DNA of 64,000 nt from Epithemia pelagica (lineage: Eukaryota > Protista > Bacillariophyta), in contig OX337239.1 in NCBI GenBank assembly GCA_946965045.2, positions 1,798,001-1,862,000 on the forward strand, read 5' to 3'. A model generated the notes under the pieces. The model did no database searches. It was not told the origin of the DNA and saw only the letters and a program-made list of their open reading frames with translations. A program made the position numbers and the translations under genes. Below, in pieces: positions 57,806 through 64,000 of the stretch; the first letter of the stretch is position 1; each line of letters begins with the position of its first letter.

Positions 57806-58825
57806 ATGATGCAGAGACCGCAGCTCTTTCGCATTCTTCTTGCCTACTTCCTTGGATGGAATTCTTTCTATCTTTTCCAGAAGATTGGATTTATTACGGA
57901 TGAGCACATGTACGCAAGAAGCTTGAGATATCATCCAAGAGGCTTGGGAGAGGATGAGAGTAAGCACGAAACCAATGTGACAGCCATCTCTTTGCCCCGT
58001 TCACCAAACGATACTACCATCTACGGCCATCTTCACTACGCCAAGACAGCGGGTAGCACAATCAACGGCATACTCGCAGCGAAGTACGAGCGCGTTTGTG
58101 GGCACAAGGGCTACAGCTACGATGCCTATCAATACAACGAACGCGTCAAGGCTCAACTTGACCAACTCCACCATTTGAACAAAACCTTGCATCTCAATGA
58201 CGTGGGTGGAAATGACGTTATACGCATGTCCTTCAAAACGTTTGGTCGAGGACGTGTACCGTTGAAGGTTATGGATGAGATTGGCTACGAGAATTGTGAC
58301 TATATTAGCACGGAAACGTCTTGGAAATTTTGGCAGAAACGATTTAAGAATACCTGGAATTTCGAACTTCACGTACCATGTCGGGATCCTGTACACCATC
58401 TGTTGTCTCAATGTAATCATAGACAGTATACCTTCAATTGCCAGACCACGAATGTCATGCAAGAAATCGAACAATGCCTAATGCATACAAACAGGTTTGA
58501 CCCAGATTTGGTAGCTGACGAACAGCCAATACACCACAACCATTCGCTGAAATGCTTCAATCCGGTCCCCGTGGAGCCCTATCTCGCCTACATGGGAGAA
58601 CGGCTGCACGCAAAGCGTACTCCGGCCAACTATGTCCATCGTAGCACCAACCGACCTCACAACAAGAGCAACGAGTGTCTGTTGTTCCCGGAGAATCAAA
58701 ACATGACCACACAAGTTCGTGAGCATATGACATTGTTCTTTCCATACTACCGTTGGTGTGCGGGATGCATGAAAGATCCCCAGAGGAATCTATTGTACCA
58801 CTATGACTTTGAGACTGTAGGATAA
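57806..58825 (+). CDS. Type II membrane sulfotransferase-like protein
   Basis: N-terminal TM anchor, PAPS-loop-like HLHYAKTAGSTING, and VPCRDPVHHLLSQCNH. Confidence 0.7.
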   Translation: MMQRPQLFRILLAYFLGWNSFYLFQKIGFITDEHMYARSLRYHPRGLGEDESKHETNVTAISLPRSPNDTTIYGHLHYAKTAGSTINGILAAKYERVCGHKGYSYDAYQYNERVKAQLDQLHHLNKTLHLNDVGGNDVIRMSFKTFGRGRVPLKVMDEIGYENCDYISTETSWKFWQKRFKNTWNFELHVPCRDPVHHLLSQCNHRQYTFNCQTTNVMQEIEQCLMHTNRFDPDLVADEQPIHHNHSLKCFNPVPVEPYLAYMGERLHAKRTPANYVHRSTNRPHNKSNECLLFPENQNMTTQVREHMTLFFPYYRWCAGCMKDPQRNLLYHYDFETVG

Positions 58826-58854
58826 TGATAGTTAGTCTTACTCCTACTCCCTAC

Positions 58855-58868
58855 TAGGAGTACTCCTA
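58855..58868. repeat. 14-bp perfect palindrome TAGGAGTACTCCTA
   Basis: Built from the recurrent intergenic octamer, 30 bp after the stop at 58825. A near-identical copy is at 43662-43674. Confidence 0.85.
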
Positions 58869-59156
58869 CAAATGACGATATTTGGAGAGACACAGCAGTT
58901 CACATTCCACATAGATAACATAGCTTCTGATTTGGTCGCATATAGGTCGCTTAATTGTTTGCATCACCAAACCCGAGCGAATAAAGATATCCACGTCTGG
59001 ATCTAAAATTTGACCGATCCATGGCCGCATTACGAATCTATTCGACGTGAGTGTCAGTGAGGACTGCGGAGTGATGACAAAGAAGCCAAGCGATCTGGAC
59101 TCACAAAACAACGAAACCACAATCCAAAAGATTATTGCTTTCATTGATATCAAACC

Positions 59157-60725
59157 ATGACGTCCTCCTCCTCCTCCTCCTCAGAAGATATTGGCTCCTT
59201 GTGTTGGTTGGACGATACGCATGTTGATCCTCAATGGATGGATCAACATGTGGATCCAACTTCACTGGACACGGAACTGCGCGGTCACAAATGGCGTTGC
59301 ATCTCCTGCGTCGCACAAGATATCAGCAATCCACTTCGACGAGGGGAACGAGTACGAGAGGGAGCCACATTGCGACTGACCGTTCACTATCAACAACAAC
59401 AAGAAACCAACTACAAGCCAACAAACAAACAAAGTGAATCCGCCAACACGCGGACCATGACCATGATTGTCAAACAAGCCGCCACTCCACAAGGACGAGA
59501 ACTATCACAAAAATTGGGTTTGGCCCGTGAAGCGCTTTTTTATCAACATTTGGCCCCACTCATTCAACAACACTTTTACCAAGACAAATCGGCGGCCACT
59601 GCGAACAAGGCCATTGATGAGCCCATCCTACCACATGTCTATTATGCTCATGGAAATTATCCAACCAATGGAAGCAAATTTTTGGTAATGCAAGATTTGC
59701 CTCCCGCCAAGTATATCGATTCGGGTGTCCTGTTTGGACCTGGTAATCCACACAATTGGGATCATCCAGCCTCCAGGCTCGACGAACTGGTGCAAAAAGC
59801 TGGTGGTCCTTTGCCCCACGAAGTAGCCCATGATACCTTTCAAGTACTGGCACGCATCCATGCCCTGTATTGGCAACGCATGGAATGGGTTGAATCGGCC
59901 ACGTATTTGCGAGGGCATGATTGGGTCTTTCACACTCCTGCTTCCACCGACAACACGAGTGACGACAAACGACAAGATCATGACGAGGCTTTTGTAGGAG
60001 CACCCGCCAGTTGGATCGCCTCGCAACAATATATTCGCGATTCGTGGCAATCCCATTTGAAACGAGAACAAGAATTGTCGTCGTCGTCGTCATCGACTGA
60101 CGCAAAGAAGGATGATGATTCTCCAAACAGGATTCAATGGGATCCTCTTGTCCGTGCGGCCGTAGAAAAGGCTGTGGCGGGGATTTCCTGGACAGCTCAT
60201 GCTCAACGCCTTCATCAACAAGGGCCGTGGACCTTGGTTCATGGTGATTTTTGGCCTGGCAATGTCTTGTGGAAATTGCCGACCTCGTCCACTCAGGAAC
60301 CAACACAACGTAATGGATTGCGATTGGTGGATTTTGAAATGGTGGGTCTCGGATCCGGACCACAAGAAATTGGACAATACGTGATTAGTCACATGAGTCG
60401 TAATGTACGAAAAGAACACGAACATGCCCTCCTCCAGCAGTATTACGATACCTTGAAGACTACGTACCATGAGCACCGTCCTTTTTCCCGACCACAAGAA
60501 GCAAACGACAACAATAAGAATACTACCGCTGACCGGATGTTGTCGTGGGAAGAGTGTTGGCGAGAATACACGGTTGGTGGTGTGGAACGATGGATGTGGT
60601 TCTTGATTTATTTTTGTGCCATGCCCGCATCTACATCCTGGGCCCAATTCTTTCACAATCAAATTGCCGACTTTATGCATGATCATGACTTGACGGCGGA
60701 CGATATCACTCAACCACGACCCTAA
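59157..60725 (+). CDS. APH/choline-kinase/EcKL-like small-molecule kinase
   Basis: REALFY, FLVMQDL, TLVHGDFWPGNV, LVDFEMVGLGSGPQEIGQY. Confidence 0.88.
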   Translation: MTSSSSSSSEDIGSLCWLDDTHVDPQWMDQHVDPTSLDTELRGHKWRCISCVAQDISNPLRRGERVREGATLRLTVHYQQQQETNYKPTNKQSESANTRTMTMIVKQAATPQGRELSQKLGLAREALFYQHLAPLIQQHFYQDKSAATANKAIDEPILPHVYYAHGNYPTNGSKFLVMQDLPPAKYIDSGVLFGPGNPHNWDHPASRLDELVQKAGGPLPHEVAHDTFQVLARIHALYWQRMEWVESATYLRGHDWVFHTPASTDNTSDDKRQDHDEAFVGAPASWIASQQYIRDSWQSHLKREQELSSSSSSTDAKKDDDSPNRIQWDPLVRAAVEKAVAGISWTAHAQRLHQQGPWTLVHGDFWPGNVLWKLPTSSTQEPTQRNGLRLVDFEMVGLGSGPQEIGQYVISHMSRNVRKEHEHALLQQYYDTLKTTYHEHRPFSRPQEANDNNKNTTADRMLSWEECWREYTVGGVERWMWFLIYFCAMPASTSWAQFFHNQIADFMHDHDLTADDITQPRP

Positions 60726-60970
60726 CTAAAACACGGTAAACAGAGACTATGTAGATTACGTTACATCGACTTGCTTCGTTCCCTAATGTCACTCGCAGAT
60801 GAGAGCAATGGTAAGGAGAGACAAATGAAACATTTCTTTCTCTAGGAGATGCTCATAGCGAAAGGTAGTCCACATAGCAGCAATAGTTCCGAGTGACGTC
60901 ATATGTGTTGTGGTTGGATCTTCTCATCGACAATGGCGTTAGTGACAATTTCAGCGGTAGTTCCAGCATC

Positions 60971-63466
60971 ATGAAGTCCCAGCAGCTCTTACTACTTTCC
61001 TCTGTACCGGTTCTGCTGGTCATCCATGTTGTATCACAGCTGGGACTGGCTCAAGCTTGGATTTCTCCTCCAATCTGTTCTTCATCTTCTTTTCTGGGAC
61101 ACTGGCGTAGTTGTGTGCCAAATACAGTCCCTCTCTCATCGCACTGGTTCGAAAGACAGCGACGGCACCAAAAGAAGTGTTCCACGGCATACGGCTCGAC
61201 TTTTCAAGCATTGACAAGACGAACTATAGATTCACGTCTTCTTGGCGTCGTCTTTGCAAGCACCAGCGACAACGGAAACGAAGATGAAGACAAACCAAAA
61301 AGGAAAAAGAACCAAAGTGCCATTCAAGTGGATTATGAATACGTTCCTGGTGAGGATGCTAATGTTCGCAATACTTTGTCATTGGATGAAAACTTGAACT
61401 TCAAAGGCTTGTCTTCCTCGTATCCGGCCGATACACCGCCCGGATTGCGAGGTGAGGCTGTTCGATCGGCGTTGCGGTCCGGCAATTGCATTGGATGGGC
61501 GACCACAGACAATGAGGGGGAAACCGACAATACATTTTTTGGAGGAGTCGTAGAATTACGGGGACCCGGCTGTGTGGACTTTTTGAACAATCAACTTTCG
61601 CAAACGTTTGAAGAAGCAACGTCGGCGGACTCGTCGGTTGGATGCTTCCAAGAAGCCGCCTTGTTAACGTCCAAAGGACGCATGATTGATCAATTGGGTG
61701 TAGTCATTGTCCCGCCTCAAGAAGAAAAACAGCAACAGGCCTTTTTGTTCACTTCTCCGGGTGGTCATGCCCCAGGTTTGTTGACCGAACGATTGGATCG
61801 ATATATTTTCCCCATGGATCGTGTGGCGGTACAAACACCATCGACACAGTTTCACTTTTCCTTGGCCTCTTACGACACCAGTCATGTACAAGCTATTTTT
61901 GATCGAGAGGTTGTGCCGCGCCTTTCGACCATCAAGAATCAGCATAACAACATTCAACTACCATCGTCAAACCAATGCCTTGTCCTCCATCTTGACAAGA
62001 ACAACAACATTGACTTGAGCGATACCTCTTCTTCGTGCTTGTTGTTGATACTGCCAACGGCATCATTACCAGAATGCGCGACGGTGGGATATACCTTTGT
62101 TTTCGTGTCCACAAACGATAAAGATGCTTCCATTACACGACTGGGTCAATCGCTTTGGTCCTACTTGATATCGGAACAATGTCCCAATGGGCCTGTGGCA
62201 TTGGGACCTTTAGAATGGGAAAGTTTGCGCATTGAAGCGGGTCAACCACGATATGGATGGGAATATACTGGCCATGTTAATACGAAACAACAAGCACCGA
62301 AAACCCTTGCACAAAAACGTTTCGAAAAAGAAACATCAGCGGTTGAAGCAGCAGATTCCCTTGCGTCATCGACCCTGACCAATACTCCTGCCATCGCCAC
62401 GCCGGCTTCTCCATTGGAATTGTATCAATCCTCTCTAGTGTCATTGGACAAAGGTTGTTATATGGGCCAAGAGGGCGTTGCTTCTATTCTCAAAAATCCC
62501 AAAGGACCCCCACGTACTTTGTACCAAGTCGTTTTTGACGATGACGTCAATGTCTACGACTATCAAACACGATCGGACAAGCAAGCACCGTCCTCCTTTT
62601 TGGAAAATCAAACCCACTTGCCCCAACCGGGGGATACACTCTGTGTCTTGGGATCCAGTGAAAGCATTGTGGTCGGTACCGTAACGTCCGTGGCAGAACC
62701 AGGATCGACGGGGGATTTTCGTCAAATTTTGGGTTTGGCCTTGATTAAACGTGCTCCCGCCATTTTGTCACAAATGCAAGCCCTGGATTTGAGCCTTCCC
62801 GATCCCAGCGACGAAATGATGGCCTTGGGTGAAGGAATCTTGTTACCTCCCCCCAAAGATCCCTTGCATGGTCTCGAAGTGATTGTCCGCGGGAGTTTTG
62901 CTGTGGGCAAATTACAATCCATTCCTTCTCGACGGGGATGGAACGAAAAGAGTAACATGTTTGTATTGACGGATCAGGAACGAGCTGCGGCCGAGGCAGC
63001 AGATACATATGGGGAAGAGGCTTATCCCGGAGAATCGACGGTAGATGTGACGCGTGTACCATTGTCCACTACACTGGACTCGTTCCGAACTCGTGGTACC
63101 AATCCTATTCCAACAAGCACATTGGACGAGTCGATTAATGAGGGAGAACAAGATCCTTGGGATACCTATGTTCAAGACGGCAAGGACGAAGCGGGCAAAT
63201 CCACCATGCATGAAATCCCAGCATTGGTTGAACCAGAATCATTATTGCAAAATGACCAAGAAGAGGACGAAAACACGGAAGCGGAACAAGAAGAAGACGA
63301 AGCGTTGGCTGAAGAGCTGAAACGTGCCGAAGAAGAAGCCAAGGCTGCTGCAGCGGAAGCTCAACGCAAAGCCGACAAAATGGCTATGTTGAAAAAACGT
63401 GCGGAACAAGCATTGGCGGCGCGAAAAAAGAAAAAGGAGGAGCAAAACCAACAAGAGAAGGACTAG
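60971..63466 (+). CDS. Plastid-targeted YgfZ/GcvT-family folate-binding Fe-S assembly protein
   Basis: Signal peptide ending AQA-WIS, VELRGPGCVDFLNNQLS, LLTSKGRMID, ESLRIEAGQP, and the signature SLDKGCYMGQEG. Confidence 0.92.
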   Translation: MKSQQLLLLSSVPVLLVIHVVSQLGLAQAWISPPICSSSSFLGHWRSCVPNTVPLSSHWFERQRRHQKKCSTAYGSTFQALTRRTIDSRLLGVVFASTSDNGNEDEDKPKRKKNQSAIQVDYEYVPGEDANVRNTLSLDENLNFKGLSSSYPADTPPGLRGEAVRSALRSGNCIGWATTDNEGETDNTFFGGVVELRGPGCVDFLNNQLSQTFEEATSADSSVGCFQEAALLTSKGRMIDQLGVVIVPPQEEKQQQAFLFTSPGGHAPGLLTERLDRYIFPMDRVAVQTPSTQFHFSLASYDTSHVQAIFDREVVPRLSTIKNQHNNIQLPSSNQCLVLHLDKNNNIDLSDTSSSCLLLILPTASLPECATVGYTFVFVSTNDKDASITRLGQSLWSYLISEQCPNGPVALGPLEWESLRIEAGQPRYGWEYTGHVNTKQQAPKTLAQKRFEKETSAVEAADSLASSTLTNTPAIATPASPLELYQSSLVSLDKGCYMGQEGVASILKNPKGPPRTLYQVVFDDDVNVYDYQTRSDKQAPSSFLENQTHLPQPGDTLCVLGSSESIVVGTVTSVAEPGSTGDFRQILGLALIKRAPAILSQMQALDLSLPDPSDEMMALGEGILLPPPKDPLHGLEVIVRGSFAVGKLQSIPSRRGWNEKSNMFVLTDQERAAAEAADTYGEEAYPGESTVDVTRVPLSTTLDSFRTRGTNPIPTSTLDESINEGEQDPWDTYVQDGKDEAGKSTMHEIPALVEPESLLQNDQEEDENTEAEQEEDEALAEELKRAEEEAKAAAAEAQRKADKMAMLKKRAEQALAARKKKKEEQNQQEKD

Positions 63467-64000
63467 GTAACAACGCCAACATTGAAAACAAACAACAAAT
63501 CCCGCTGGCAGCATCAAACATTTCATTTTCACGATGACGACGCCTGCTCTCAATGAAAGGGATCCCGTTTGATTTTGATCACCAGTTGTAGTTGGAAAAG
63601 AGTTACCTCGACAATTTCTATCTACGACCCCGGAAAGATGGCCAGTTCTCAATCATCTGCAAATTTAGAATTCAATTCATGGTCCCCATCGCAATCTTGC
63701 TCAGATCGGCCGTTGTTAAGGGTATCGGACCTAAGATTTGGGGGTTTTAGCAAAAGCACCGACTATTCTACACCATAAAGCGGTCTTGGCGACGTAGGTT
63801 GAGGAACATTTTGTCGAAGGCTTGCTTTCATACGATGGCTTGCGATGACTCTGTAGCAATTTCGCAAGTTACCAAGTGAATCAGTGACAGTGGTATCGGT
63901 TTTGATGAGATTGTGGATTTTCCTCCGACACACCATGTCTCTCTGACAACAAATTACCGCAGCAGTTGATATCGTACGCCTCCGTTTGAACATAGAGACG

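Noticed and set aside
429-63993. Numerous 60-270-aa ORFs antisense to or nested in real genes (for example 30005-30820, 51562-52389, 59560-60363, 14849-15505)
   Set aside because: These are shadow ORFs without motifs, and many start at TTG/GTG/CTG, which is not expected for nuclear genes.

Overview
Gene-dense eukaryotic nuclear DNA, most likely from a pennate diatom. This is inferred from short GT-AG introns of about 60-140 nt, several signal-peptide plus ASAFAP-like plastid leaders, and a PYCO1-like protein. About 25 protein-coding genes are supported, including an RBR E3 ligase, NmrA-like, hotdog thioesterase, PPR, nucleotide-sugar transporter, TLC, two sulfotransferase-like, FMO, methyltransferase, DPH1, ERGIC3/ERV46, nitronate monooxygenase, HMG-box, NAD(P) transhydrogenase, SET, EcKL/APH kinase and YgfZ-like. 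The most notable items are: (1) a compact, plastid-targeted pyrenoid Rubisco-linker candidate with KW[ST]P and LAxQWAxMN sticker repeats; (2) an intronless fusion of an Ecm29-like proteasome-adaptor half with an Ariadne RBR ligase; (3) an intergenic TAGGAGTA/TACTCCTA motif seen 15 times; (4) a 1.4-kb non-autonomous element with 84-bp terminal inverted repeats, inside a 4-kb CTAG-rich, palindrome-bearing region upstream of the HMG-box gene; (5) an in-frame TGA splitting an OB-fold/methyltransferase gene. No rRNA, tRNA or CRISPR array was recognised. All family calls come from motif recognition by eye; no database searches were run.
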